Source of the DNA: Arthrobacter phage Ottawa
Sequence record: OQ938580.1
Strand: one strand, 5' to 3'
DNA: 32,000 nt
Shown here in pieces: positions 1 to 8,170 of this stretch. Positions within the stretch are counted from its first letter, which is position 1. Each line of letters starts with the position of its first letter. Position numbers and translations under genes: made by a program. The notes under the pieces were generated by a model. The model ran no database searches, had not been told where the DNA came from, and was given only the letters and a program-made list of their open reading frames with translations.

Positions 1-9
1 CGCAAGAAA

Positions 10-273
10 ATGAGCAACAGCCTTACCGAGTGGGCAGAACGCCGCCCCCTCAAGAGCAAGAACCAGAAGGACCTCCTCCTCTGGATGGCGAACCACGCCG
101 ACCCTGACAACACCGCCTATGCCCCCTCCGTGGACGCCATCAAGGCCACGACCGACATCGGCACCAAGAAACAGCTGGACCTCGCTATCAAGGGGCTCAT
201 GGACGCTGGGCACATCACGTCCCGCTACGACATGGCGAAGTACAAGCACATCTACACCCTCAACGCCCGTTGA
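10..273 (+). CDS. Helix-turn-helix / replication-initiator-like small protein
   Basis: ORF MSNSLTEWAERRPLKSKNQKDLLLWMANHADPDNTAYAP...; winged-HTH-like composition, stop overlaps the region where the next ORF begins. Confidence 0.6.
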   Translation: MSNSLTEWAERRPLKSKNQKDLLLWMANHADPDNTAYAPSVDAIKATTDIGTKKQLDLAIKGLMDAGHITSRYDMAKYKHIYTLNAR

Positions 274-284
274 GCAGCGCGGGA

Positions 285-1190
285 ATGGTCTGGGCTCGCC
301 AGCAGAAGGTGGGCAAAGGAGGAGCAAAGTTCTGCCTCGTAGTGCTCGGCGAGCTCTGCGACGATGAGGGGAAGACCACCCGCAGCCGCACCTACATCGC
401 GCAGATCATGGAGCAGACGCCGACCGCAGTTGGAGTCAACCTCGCGTTCCTTGAGGAGCGAGGCTTCATCACCCGCACACGTAGGATGTCAGGGCTCCGC
501 AGGCTCTCGGACACGATCCAGCTGCACATCCCCGGCATCTACCAGATGGACACCCGGAACCCCATGGAACCGGAGCTTCCCGAAGCCCCGGAAACCGGAG
601 CTACCGAAGCCCCGGAAACCGGAGCTACCGAAGCCCCGGAAACCGGAGCGCTTAAAGATAAACACTTAACTACTAACTTAGAAGAGATAACAACTACACC
701 ACCGGCTGCCGCCGATGGCCCGCAGCGGAACGCCCAGACTCTCCTCGGAGAATGGATCGACCACTGCAACCCCAAGCCGCCGAGCAGGGTCAAGGGCCAG
801 ATGGCACGCGAGATCAAGAACCTTCTCGCAGAGGGCATGGACTACGACGCGGTTCGGGACGGTCTCATCGAACTGCACCGCAAGGGCCAGCACCCATCCA
901 CACTCCCGAGCTTCGTACACGCGGTCCAGCAGCGGCCAGCTATTGCGATGCAGCCAAGCGGGATACACAATGGGCACAAGCAGTTGGCAACAGGAACACA
1001 GAGAGCAATGGAAGCGCTCGCCGCAGGGCAGCAGCTTCAGGAACAGATCGAACAGCAGGGGACAGTAGCAATTGGATATTCAGGAAACCAGCAGGCTCTT
1101 GGGGCGGGCGGCACTGGTGGACAGCAGGAAAGTGGACCCGGCGACGGTTCAGGCGTGGTGGGAAATCCTCAGCCATTTAGATTTTCGTGA
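285..1190 (+). CDS. Helix-turn-helix replisome/initiator-like protein with tandem peptide repeat
   Basis: ORF frame 270..1190; ATG at 285 (MVWARQQKV...) is an alternative start to 270; HTH-like N-terminus (TRSRTYIAQIMEQTPTAVGVNLAFLEERGFITRTRR), then a low-complexity linker. Confidence 0.6.
   Translation: MVWARQQKVGKGGAKFCLVVLGELCDDEGKTTRSRTYIAQIMEQTPTAVGVNLAFLEERGFITRTRRMSGLRRLSDTIQLHIPGIYQMDTRNPMEPELPEAPETGATEAPETGATEAPETGALKDKHLTTNLEEITTTPPAAADGPQRNAQTLLGEWIDHCNPKPPSRVKGQMAREIKNLLAEGMDYDAVRDGLIELHRKGQHPSTLPSFVHAVQQRPAIAMQPSGIHNGHKQLATGTQRAMEALAAGQQLQEQIEQQGTVAIGYSGNQQALGAGGTGGQQESGPGDGSGVVGNPQPFRFS
582..647 (+). repeat. In-frame 24-bp tandem repeat, about 2.7 copies (gaagccccggaaaccggagctacc)
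   Basis: Direct reading; encodes EAPETGAT repeated. Confidence 0.9.
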
Positions 1191-1491
1191 CGCCATGAAC
1201 GGTCTCCTTCAGCACCACCGCGAGAGCACCGAATATCTTATGCCAGCGCACATCGTCAAGCAGGCCAAGAAAGCCAAGCGCGAGCGTGAGCGGCAGGAGA
1301 AGCGCAGCGAGCACATCGCCATCAGCCAGAGGGCAGCACCCCCGCCCAACTTCCGGCAGATGATCGCAGAGGCGTCTGGGCGGGCACCGGACCATATGGT
1401 CCACCCGGACACCAACCCCATCGACGTCCGGCGCATACAGGCGCAGCTGGAGCTCAAGAGGCTCACAGACGGCATGGGGCAGATGCCCTGA
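1072..1491 (+). CDS. Replisome accessory / helicase-loader-like actinophage protein
   Basis: TTG start; MDIQETSRLLGRAALVDSRKVDPATVQAWWEILSHLDFRDAMNGLLQHHRESTEYLMPAHIVK resembles a recurrent actinophage family; overlaps the upstream ORF by 119 nt. Confidence 0.55.
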   Translation: MDIQETSRLLGRAALVDSRKVDPATVQAWWEILSHLDFRDAMNGLLQHHRESTEYLMPAHIVKQAKKAKRERERQEKRSEHIAISQRAAPPPNFRQMIAEASGRAPDHMVHPDTNPIDVRRIQAQLELKRLTDGMGQMP

Positions 1492-1838
1492 GACGCCAGA
1501 GCAGCACCGCACGGCGAACGGCGGAGGCCCGCAAGGACATCCGCTGGGAGCTTCTGGGAGAACGGGGGGCAGCCTGCGAGGGCTGCCCCCTCACCCCGGT
1601 CGGCAGCGACCCCGCCCGAGTCTGGACCGATATGCACGAGGTTCTCACTCGGGCGAGGGGCGGCGACCCGACAGACAAGAGCAACATCCTTTGCCTTTGC
1701 AGGCAGTGCCACCAGTGGGTGACAACCCACGAGACAGCAGCGAGGGGGCTCGGGCTCGTCCGGGCGAGGAGTGCCGAAGAACACCAGCAGGCATTCCGCC
1801 CATGGACGAGCATTTCAACACAACAGCAGTTAGGATAG
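1488..1838 (+). CDS. HNH endonuclease
   Basis: ORF track starts at ATG 1632, but the frame is open upstream and includes LRRQSSTARRTAEARKDIRWELLGERGAACEGCPLTPVGSDPARVWTDMHEV..., adding the first zinc CxxC (CEGC); the second is CRQC with H at the active site. Start codon (CTG 1488?) uncertain. Confidence 0.65.
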   Translation: MRRQSSTARRTAEARKDIRWELLGERGAACEGCPLTPVGSDPARVWTDMHEVLTRARGGDPTDKSNILCLCRQCHQWVTTHETAARGLGLVRARSAEEHQQAFRPWTSISTQQQLG

Positions 1839-1842
1839 AGGC

Positions 1843-2106
1843 ATGGCACAAACACCAGAAGAGCTCGCAGACGTCGTACAGCTTACGGCGATGCTCCGAG
1901 TCAAAGAACGAGAAGCACAGCGCATCGCAGACCGCCGCCGTCAGGCGATCCTCCGCCACCGCGCATCCACCCCCGAGCACCCTCCCGTGCCCTACGCAGA
2001 CCTCGCAGAGGCCATGGGCATGTCACAGGCACGGCTCTACAAGATCATCAAGGGCAAGGCCGACTCCGTGCCCCGGGGTGCCCGCGCCACCCGTCAGCAC
2101 GGATGA
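1843..2106 (+). CDS. Small helix-turn-helix DNA-binding protein
   Basis: MAQTPEELADVV...PYADLAEAMGMSQARLYKIIKGKADSVPRG, HTH-like. Confidence 0.55.
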   Translation: MAQTPEELADVVQLTAMLRVKEREAQRIADRRRQAILRHRASTPEHPPVPYADLAEAMGMSQARLYKIIKGKADSVPRGARATRQHG

Positions 2107-2462
2107 CCGCCGAGCCCCTTGACGAAGAGGTCACAAGGACGTTCGAGCACCCGATCCAGTTCTTCCCCGAGGAGCACTACCTCGCAGTGAGAGAACTGGC
2201 CCGGGTGGCAGAGGAGGAGCACCCCCCCTGCCAGTCCAGCCCGGACCTCTGGTGGCCCGAGCGCGGCCACCAATCGGACCTCGCCGTCCGAATGTGCAAG
2301 ACGCGCTGCACCATGCAAGAGCAATGCCTCCGCTTCGCCCTCGAAGTGGGTGAGGACGAAGGTATCTGGGGAGGAGCCACTCCAGCGGAACGCCGGTCCA
2401 TGCGGAGGCAGACCACAACCGACACCGCTGAGGAACCAACCGATGACCGCAGGACCGCCTAG
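2103..2462 (+). CDS. WhiB-family Fe-S transcription factor-like protein
   Basis: PPCQSSPDLWWP ... MCKTRCTMQEQC ... EDEGIWGGATPAERR: four Cys plus G(V/I)WGG turn. Confidence 0.88.
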   Translation: MTAEPLDEEVTRTFEHPIQFFPEEHYLAVRELARVAEEEHPPCQSSPDLWWPERGHQSDLAVRMCKTRCTMQEQCLRFALEVGEDEGIWGGATPAERRSMRRQTTTDTAEEPTDDRRTA

Positions 2463-4344
2463 CATCACCGCAGACGGAGAGACCTTCCGCCTCACCTTCG
2501 AGCACAACCCGGACATCCTCCGCGACCTTGTGCGCATCCCGGGCAGGCGGCACGACTTCGACAGCGGCATCTGGACCGTCCCAGTGGCCTTCGCTGAACC
2601 CGTCCGGCACTTCGCCTCCCGGCACGGCTTCCAGATGGACAGGACGGCCAGCCCCTTCCTCAAGCCCCCCGCACCGGGGCTCGTGGACCACGATGGGCAC
2701 AGCTTCTTGCTCTCCTTCCCGTACACCGAGCGCAACCTCCAAGGCGTCGCCCGCATCGAGGGGGCAGAGTGGGACGCCACAGAAGCCGCTTGGGGCGTCC
2801 CGACCGAGCAGGTCCGGGCCGTACAGGCGTTCATGGGCACCATGCCCCACACAGTCGCCCCCGGGGCGGAGGAGGCATACGAGGCGGCAGAGCGCTTCGA
2901 GCAGGCAGTCATCGCCAGCGCAGCGCTCGACCACCCGTACACCCCTCGCCCCGGCTTCGGCATCGAGCTCGACCCCCACCAGCGAGCAGGCGTCCACTAC
3001 GCGCTCACCTACGCAGGGGGGCGGCTCGTGATCGGCGATGAGCCCGGGGTCGGCAAGACCGCGCAGGCCATGGCCATCCTCCACGCCCTCGACGCCTTCC
3101 CCGCCTACGTCATCCCGCCGTCCAAGGCGAAGATCAACTGGGCGCGGGAAATCCAGCGGGCACTCCCCGGCAGGAGCGTCGAGGTCCTCCGGGGCACCAG
3201 AGGGCAGGACCGCCTCATGTGGAGCGACGTCACCATCATGAACTACGAGATTCTGGAGGCGTGGGAGAACTTCCTCCCGGCACCAAGGGGGGTCGTGGCC
3301 GACGAAAGCCACAACATCATGAACCCCAGCGCCATCCGAACCAAGGCAGTCCAGCGCCTCATGGAGAGGGTCCCCGAGGGGGGCGTCGCAGTCTGCATGA
3401 CCGGAACCCCCTCCCTCAACGCAACGAGCGACTTCATCCCGCAGCTGAAGGCCATCGGCAAGCTCGACGATCTTGGGGGCGAGGAGGGGTTCCGCAAACT
3501 CGCACGCACCAGCCCCACCAAGGCGCACCGGCTTATGCGCGGCACCTGCTACGTCAGGCGCACCAAAGAGGCCGTCTTCCCGAACGGCCCCGCCCGGAAC
3601 TTCGAGCCGCTCCTCGTCGAGGGCGACCCCAAGATCATGGCCGAGTACCGCAGGGCAGAGGCGGACATCATCAAGTACCTCGCAGCCAAGGCGGAGGCGG
3701 CAGCAGAGGCGTCAGGGGCAACCTCGGAGGAGGCCAAGCTGGAGGCGTGGAAGGCAACGCTCATGGCCGGGAGTGCCGAGCAGCTTATGGCCTTCAACCA
3801 CCTGCGCCAGCTGTCAGCCGCAGCCAAGATGGGGGCAGCGGAGCAGTGGAGCAAGGACTTCCTGCGCAGCGGACGGAAGCTCGGCATCTTCGGATGGCAC
3901 AAGCCCACCATCAACACCATCGCGCAGAAGCTCAACGCCCCCAAGATTCAGGGCGGGCAGAGTGACGAGGAGAGCCAGCGCAGCGTTGACCGCTTCCAGA
4001 ACGACCCCAACACCAAGGCCATCGCCCTCCAGCTGAAGGCAGCGGGCGTCGCCATCACCCTCACCGCCGCGAGCGATGCACTCTTCATCGAGCAGGGGTG
4101 GAACCCGGGCACGATGGATCAGGCCCTCGACCGCTTCCACCGGAGGGGGCAGGTCCGCGACGTCCTCGGGCGGGTCATGATTATCCCGGGCACCATCGAC
4201 GAGGACATGGACCGCATCATCAAGCTGAAGCGCGAGACCGTCAACGCGATCACGGACGGCAAAGACCCGGAGGAGACCGGAGGCAGCGTGCTGCAGGACC
4301 TCGTGGTCACGTTCGCCCAGAGGGGGCTGAAGGGGGCAATCTAG
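2443..4344 (+). CDS. SNF2/DEAD-like superfamily 2 helicase/ATPase
   Basis: ELDPHQRAGVHYAL, GDEPGVGKTAQAMA (Walker A), VVADESHN (DExH-like), C-terminal helicase motifs (GVAITLTAASDALFIEQGWNPGTMDQALDRFHRRGQ). ORF track extends to 2350; ATG at 2443 (MTAGPPSITADG...) more plausible. Confidence 0.88.
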   Translation: MTAGPPSITADGETFRLTFEHNPDILRDLVRIPGRRHDFDSGIWTVPVAFAEPVRHFASRHGFQMDRTASPFLKPPAPGLVDHDGHSFLLSFPYTERNLQGVARIEGAEWDATEAAWGVPTEQVRAVQAFMGTMPHTVAPGAEEAYEAAERFEQAVIASAALDHPYTPRPGFGIELDPHQRAGVHYALTYAGGRLVIGDEPGVGKTAQAMAILHALDAFPAYVIPPSKAKINWAREIQRALPGRSVEVLRGTRGQDRLMWSDVTIMNYEILEAWENFLPAPRGVVADESHNIMNPSAIRTKAVQRLMERVPEGGVAVCMTGTPSLNATSDFIPQLKAIGKLDDLGGEEGFRKLARTSPTKAHRLMRGTCYVRRTKEAVFPNGPARNFEPLLVEGDPKIMAEYRRAEADIIKYLAAKAEAAAEASGATSEEAKLEAWKATLMAGSAEQLMAFNHLRQLSAAAKMGAAEQWSKDFLRSGRKLGIFGWHKPTINTIAQKLNAPKIQGGQSDEESQRSVDRFQNDPNTKAIALQLKAAGVAITLTAASDALFIEQGWNPGTMDQALDRFHRRGQVRDVLGRVMIIPGTIDEDMDRIIKLKRETVNAITDGKDPEETGGSVLQDLVVTFAQRGLKGAI

Positions 4345-4351
4345 CTACGAT

Positions 4352-4408
4352 TTTACAAACCAACCCCCGTTAGGTTATGTTTGATGCACGGCCCCCACCG
4401 GGGGGGCC
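4352..4408 (+). promoter_or_regulatory. Promoter-like element R1: TTTACA-18-TATGTT with spacer motif ACCAACCCCCGTTAGG, followed by hairpin GGCCCCC/GGGGGCC
   Basis: Shared motif with R2-R6; intergenic, upstream of ATG 4431. Confidence 0.6.
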
Positions 4409-4430
4409 AAGCCTTCCAGAGGAGCACAAC

Positions 4431-4688
4431 ATGGCAACGCAGCAGCCCACCGCAGAACAGATCGCAGAGCACGACGCAGCCGAGGCAGCCTTCGCAGCCC
4501 GAGTCGCCAACGACTACGATCCGCAGGGCTTCCTCCACTACTGCGAGGAGCACAGCGAATGCTTCTTCACCTACTGCGTCCACTGCCCCGAGGACACCGG
4601 CAACGGCAAGGTTAGCGAAGCCGCCATCGCAGCCCAGATCGCTGAGCGTGATGCCCGCTGGATCGCCGAGAGCGACGTCCCTTTCTAA
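4431..4688 (+). CDS. Hypothetical small acidic protein
   Basis: MATQQPTAEQIAEHDAAEAAF...; ATG preceded by gaggagcacaac RBS. Confidence 0.65.
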   Translation: MATQQPTAEQIAEHDAAEAAFAARVANDYDPQGFLHYCEEHSECFFTYCVHCPEDTGNGKVSEAAIAAQIAERDARWIAESDVPF

Positions 4689-4696
4689 GACTTCCC

Positions 4697-4722
4697 AAGG
4701 GGGCCTCCCCGGAGGCCCCCTT
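4697..4722 (+). terminator. Strong GC-rich stem-loop (AAGGGGGCCTCC-CC-GGAGGCCCCCTT)
   Basis: 12-bp perfect inverted repeat directly after stop codon 4688. Confidence 0.6.
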
Positions 4723-4757
4723 CCCCATGCCCACCTTCAACCAGTAGGGAGACTGGA

Positions 4758-5291
4758 ATGTGTTACATGTGCCCGCAGGCAGGAGCAACCCCCTCCACGC
4801 CTGTCACCCCCGCCCGTACCCGCAAGCGCGTCCGCCCCGGTGAGCACGCCATCAGCACCCTCGCCTCGCGCAACTACGTCCGCTGCAACGACACCAACCA
4901 CAAGGTCTGGTTCACGGCCACAGAGGTCCTCTGCGGCGGTTGCGGATGGCCGCTCGACACCGCGATGGCAGACCTCCAGCGCGGGCGGCTGAGGGGTCGC
5001 CTGCACTCGCAGATCGGGCGGCTCAACAACCACATCGCTGACGAGTATGACGAGAGCGAAGACGGTCTCAAAGCGATGGCATCGCAGCTGCAGGCAACCT
5101 TCCCGTACCTGCGCCTGAGCCGCAGGGAGCACCGCCGCATGCTCTTCCGCATAGCAACCTTCCAGCACCAGCTGGACGCCTTGGACAACCATGGCACCAT
5201 GACCCTCGCCTCTCTCATGGAGGCAGGCGGGGTTCTCCGCACCAAAATCGACAACGAGCTCGAAGCTCTCATGGAGGTATCTTTCAAATGA
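4758..5291 (+). CDS. Hypothetical protein with Cys motifs (possible zinc-binding)
   Basis: MCYMCPQ..., VLCGGCGWPL. Confidence 0.6.
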   Translation: MCYMCPQAGATPSTPVTPARTRKRVRPGEHAISTLASRNYVRCNDTNHKVWFTATEVLCGGCGWPLDTAMADLQRGRLRGRLHSQIGRLNNHIADEYDESEDGLKAMASQLQATFPYLRLSRREHRRMLFRIATFQHQLDALDNHGTMTLASLMEAGGVLRTKIDNELEALMEVSFK

Positions 5292-5755
5292 CCGACGCAG
5301 CCCCCCACCCCATCCCCGTCTTCGTATACGGCAGCCTCCGCCCGGGGCTCTACAACTTCCCCATGGCAGAGCGGGCGCTCGCCGCAGACCCCCTCCCCGC
5401 CGTCGTCCACGGCTTCGAGCTCTACGCCAACAAGAGCGACTCGTACCCGTACCTCGCGGTCGGCGAGGGGGATGTGAAGGGGGACGTCCTCATGATCTAC
5501 CCCGGTCGGGAGCTCGACAGCATCATCGGCATGGAGGAGGGGGCAGGCTACGACACCCGCGCCATCAAGGCTGACATCACCTTCCCGGACGGCAAGGTCG
5601 AGACCTTCGACGTCATGGCCTTCGTCCACCGCGAGGACCGCAGGAGCCACCGGGGCACCAAGGTCGAGGACGGCGACTGGCTCCCGTACTACGCAGAAGC
5701 AGAGCGTCGCTTCCACGCAGCCAACCCCCGCCTGCGCTCAGTGTGGCAGTTCTGA
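5288..5755 (+). CDS. Gamma-glutamylcyclotransferase-like (GGCT/AIG2-like) protein
   Basis: PVFVYGSLRPGLYN signature near the N-terminus; ...GDVLMIYPGRELDSIIGMEEGAGYDTRAIKADI. Confidence 0.85.
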   Translation: MTDAAPHPIPVFVYGSLRPGLYNFPMAERALAADPLPAVVHGFELYANKSDSYPYLAVGEGDVKGDVLMIYPGRELDSIIGMEEGAGYDTRAIKADITFPDGKVETFDVMAFVHREDRRSHRGTKVEDGDWLPYYAEAERRFHAANPRLRSVWQF

Positions 5756-5788
5756 AAATCACAACCCCCTCGTCGGCCCCCCTCCGAT

Positions 5789-5877
5789 TTGTAAACTAAC
5801 CCCAGTTAGGGTAAGCTTCTTACATAGCCCCGAACGGGGGGCAACGGAGGGGGCCAACCGGCCCCGCTTCACAGACT
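5789..5877 (+). promoter_or_regulatory. Promoter-like element R2: TTGTAA-17-TAAGCT with spacer motif ACTAACCCCAGTTAGG; leader hairpins GCCCC/GGGGC and GGGGCC/GGCCCC
   Basis: Shared motif, directly upstream of the amidoligase ORF. Confidence 0.6.
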
Positions 5878-5895
5878 CTAGCTAGGGAGAGCAAG

Positions 5896-6870
5896 ATGCC
5901 GACATTGGATATGCGCCGGAACGCCGTTGAGCAGCGTCAGGACCTCGCATACGCACTGAACCAGCGCGGACTCAGCCACGCTGAAATCGCAGACATTTGC
6001 GGATGGTCCCCGACCTCAGACGGCATCCGCCGCGCAATCCGGGCAGGCGAACGCCGCGCTCAGACCAACGCTGGACGCACCAGCGCACGCCGCTTCGGCG
6101 TGGAGATCGAGTTCAACGGCACCCCCCGCCGCAACGCAGTGGAGCAGATCGAGCTCCTCGACAACCAGATCAACTGCGTCATCGAGGGCTACAACCACAA
6201 CGTCCAGAGCCACTGGAAGTTCATCACGGACGGCTCCGTGGACGGCATCGGCACCGGAGAGGGCGGGCTCGAAGCCGTCTCCCCGATCCTGCGCGGCGAG
6301 AACGGCTTCGCCGAAATGAAGACCATCGTCAAGGGCATCAAGGCAGCAGGCGGACGGGTCAACCGCAGCTGCGGCCTCCACGTCCACCACGACGCCAACG
6401 ACATGACCGGCAGCCAGCTGGCTTGGCTCATCGAGTTCTACATCAACAACCAGACCGTCATCGACACAGTGCTCGCCCCCTCCCGCCGCAGCACCGTCAC
6501 GAACCGCTGGTGCAAGCCGTGGGGCGACCACGAAAAGGGCAGGATGCTCGCCTCGGCCAAGACCGGCATCAAGACCGAGATGCGCCACTACGACCGCTAC
6601 CGCACCATCAACGTCACCAGCTACGCCAAGTACGGCACCATCGAGTTCCGCCAGCATCAGGGCAGCCTCAACGCACGCAAGATCAGCGCATGGATCAAGT
6701 TCGGGCAGGCCATGATGGAGACCGCCATCGCCTCGGACGGGGCAGCGATCCCCACCTTCGCCAACATCGGCGAGATGGTCAACCACCTGACCCGCATGGG
6801 CGGGCTCCCCGGCGAGGTCGGCGAGTACCTCGTAGAGCGTGCCGAAGACTGGGCCTCCGAAGAGTCCTAA
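5896..6870 (+). CDS. Amidoligase (glutamine synthetase/COOH-NH2 ligase-like, Amidoligase_2 type)
   Basis: RRFGVEIEFNG..., HWKFITDGSVDG...GGLEAVSPIL, NRSCGLHVHHDAND, YGTIEFRQHQGSLNARKISAW. Confidence 0.85.
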   Translation: MPTLDMRRNAVEQRQDLAYALNQRGLSHAEIADICGWSPTSDGIRRAIRAGERRAQTNAGRTSARRFGVEIEFNGTPRRNAVEQIELLDNQINCVIEGYNHNVQSHWKFITDGSVDGIGTGEGGLEAVSPILRGENGFAEMKTIVKGIKAAGGRVNRSCGLHVHHDANDMTGSQLAWLIEFYINNQTVIDTVLAPSRRSTVTNRWCKPWGDHEKGRMLASAKTGIKTEMRHYDRYRTINVTSYAKYGTIEFRQHQGSLNARKISAWIKFGQAMMETAIASDGAAIPTFANIGEMVNHLTRMGGLPGEVGEYLVERAEDWASEES

Positions 6871-6878
6871 GCCAGATC

Positions 6879-6905
6879 GGGAGGGGGGCAAGCAGCCCCC
6901 CTCCC
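6879..6905 (+). terminator. Perfect 11-bp inverted repeat GGGAGGGGGGC-AAGCA-GCCCCCCTCCC (terminator/attenuator-like)
   Basis: Between amidoligase stop and GATase start. Confidence 0.5.
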
Positions 6906-6947
6906 CCCACACCCTTCACAACCGACAGAGCAGAGAGCAGACAGACC

Positions 6948-7871
6948 ATGTGCGGAATCGCAGGAATCAGCGTCGCAGCAGACGACACCACCATCAACAC
7001 CCGCGTCGTAGCGGCAGAGCTTCTCCGGGGCATCGAGTCCCGGGGGCGGCAGGCAACCGGAGCCGCATGGCTCGCCAAGGACGGCAACACCGTTGACCTC
7101 ACCAAGGTCGCAGTCACGGCAAAGACCTTCCTCCAGCACCGCGAGGAGCACCTGCCCGAGACCACCCCCGTCATGATCCTCCACACCCGCACCGGCACGC
7201 ACGGCAGCGGAGCCAACCGTGACAACCTGCACCCGGTAGTCCACGAGCGCATCGTGGGCGTCCACAACGGCGTCCTCCGCAACCACGGCAAGCTCTTCAC
7301 CGCAGCCAAGCGCGTACCGACCGCAGAGGTGGACTCCGAGGGCATCATGGCAATCCTCAACATCGAGGAGCACCCCACCAAGGTCCTCGGGCAGCTGGAG
7401 GGAGACGCCGCCGTCGCATGGATCGACCTCGAACAGCCCGAGGTTCTCCACCTTGCCTGCGTCACCGGACGCCCCCTCTGCATCGGACAGACCAAGCAGG
7501 GCAGCCTCATCTTCGCCTCCACCACCAAGGCAGTCCGGGATGCCGCCGCAGCAGGCGGACTCGAACTGGTGTTCGAGGAGGAGGTCAAAGAGGAGACCTA
7601 CCTCCGCGTCGTCAAGGGCATCATCATGGAGTCCCTGACCATCGAGGGGGTCACGCACTCCAGCGCAGCCTTCCGCCAGAAGTACGCCTACACCAGCGGC
7701 CCCGGAGCGGCCACCAGCCGCCCCAAGGCAGCGCAGAGCAAGCCCAAGCAGATCACGGCCAGCAAGCCCGCCAGCAAGGCACCTGCTTCCGGGAATAGCC
7801 GCTACGAGGCCGACCTCGCAGCAGCCCGGGCAGCCGACGCCCGCCGCGTCGAGTTCTCCGCCAGCAAGTAA
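6948..7871 (+). CDS. Class-II glutamine amidotransferase (Ntn hydrolase)
   Basis: MCGIAGIS start with catalytic Cys2, LLRGIESRGRQATG, ILHTRTGTHGS, VHNGVLRNH; in-frame ATG of the longer 5997..7871 ORF. Confidence 0.9.
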   Translation: MCGIAGISVAADDTTINTRVVAAELLRGIESRGRQATGAAWLAKDGNTVDLTKVAVTAKTFLQHREEHLPETTPVMILHTRTGTHGSGANRDNLHPVVHERIVGVHNGVLRNHGKLFTAAKRVPTAEVDSEGIMAILNIEEHPTKVLGQLEGDAAVAWIDLEQPEVLHLACVTGRPLCIGQTKQGSLIFASTTKAVRDAAAAGGLELVFEEEVKEETYLRVVKGIIMESLTIEGVTHSSAAFRQKYAYTSGPGAATSRPKAAQSKPKQITASKPASKAPASGNSRYEADLAAARAADARRVEFSASK

Positions 7872-7894
7872 CCACCCCCCGTCCGGCCACGAGA

Positions 7895-7907
7895 TAGAAT
7901 CCGAAGA
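7895..7907 (+). promoter_or_regulatory. Candidate leaderless promoter -10 (TAGAAT, 6 nt before ATG 7907)
   Basis: TANNNT -10 consensus for actinobacterial sigma-70, no clear -35. Confidence 0.3.
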
Positions 7908-8170
7908 TGCCTAAACCTTGGAAAATCGAATGGCCGGACGGCTCCATCACCGACGCCCGCAGCAGCTACGAGCTTCTCGCACGACTCGGCAAGGAACAGC
8001 CCATGGGGCCAGTGGGTGTGCAGGAGATGAAAGACCTCCTCAGCCGCAGAGCGCAAGCAATGCCCGGGACCACCGGCCAGTACATCCACCCCTACCAGCC
8101 TGACCGCCCCTTCCTCATCGAGCTAGGACGGGTCGGACTCTACAAGATCATCGAGGAGGGAGACGCCTGA
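7907..8170 (+). CDS. Hypothetical protein
   Basis: MPKPWKIEWPDGSITDARSSYELLARLG...; stop overlaps next ATG. Confidence 0.65.
   Translation: MPKPWKIEWPDGSITDARSSYELLARLGKEQPMGPVGVQEMKDLLSRRAQAMPGTTGQYIHPYQPDRPFLIELGRVGLYKIIEEGDA

Noticed and set aside
2131-3528. 465-aa open reading frame on the - strand opposite the helicase, and similar long antisense ORFs (8211-9257, 18856-19905, 21314-22354, 26142-27284)
   Set aside because: All lie antisense to clearly conserved + strand proteins in very GC-rich DNA; compositions are Val/Gly/Arg-rich artefacts with no recognisable motifs.
2528-3965. Nested + strand ORFs inside the helicase (2528-3031, 3219-3965, 3473-4036)
   Set aside because: Arg/Pro/Ser-rich alternate-frame translations of a real gene, typical GC-frame shadows.
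5997-6947. 5' extension of the glutamine amidotransferase ORF
   Set aside because: Alternate-frame shadow of the amidoligase gene; class II amidotransferases need Cys at position 2, which is satisfied by ATG 6948.
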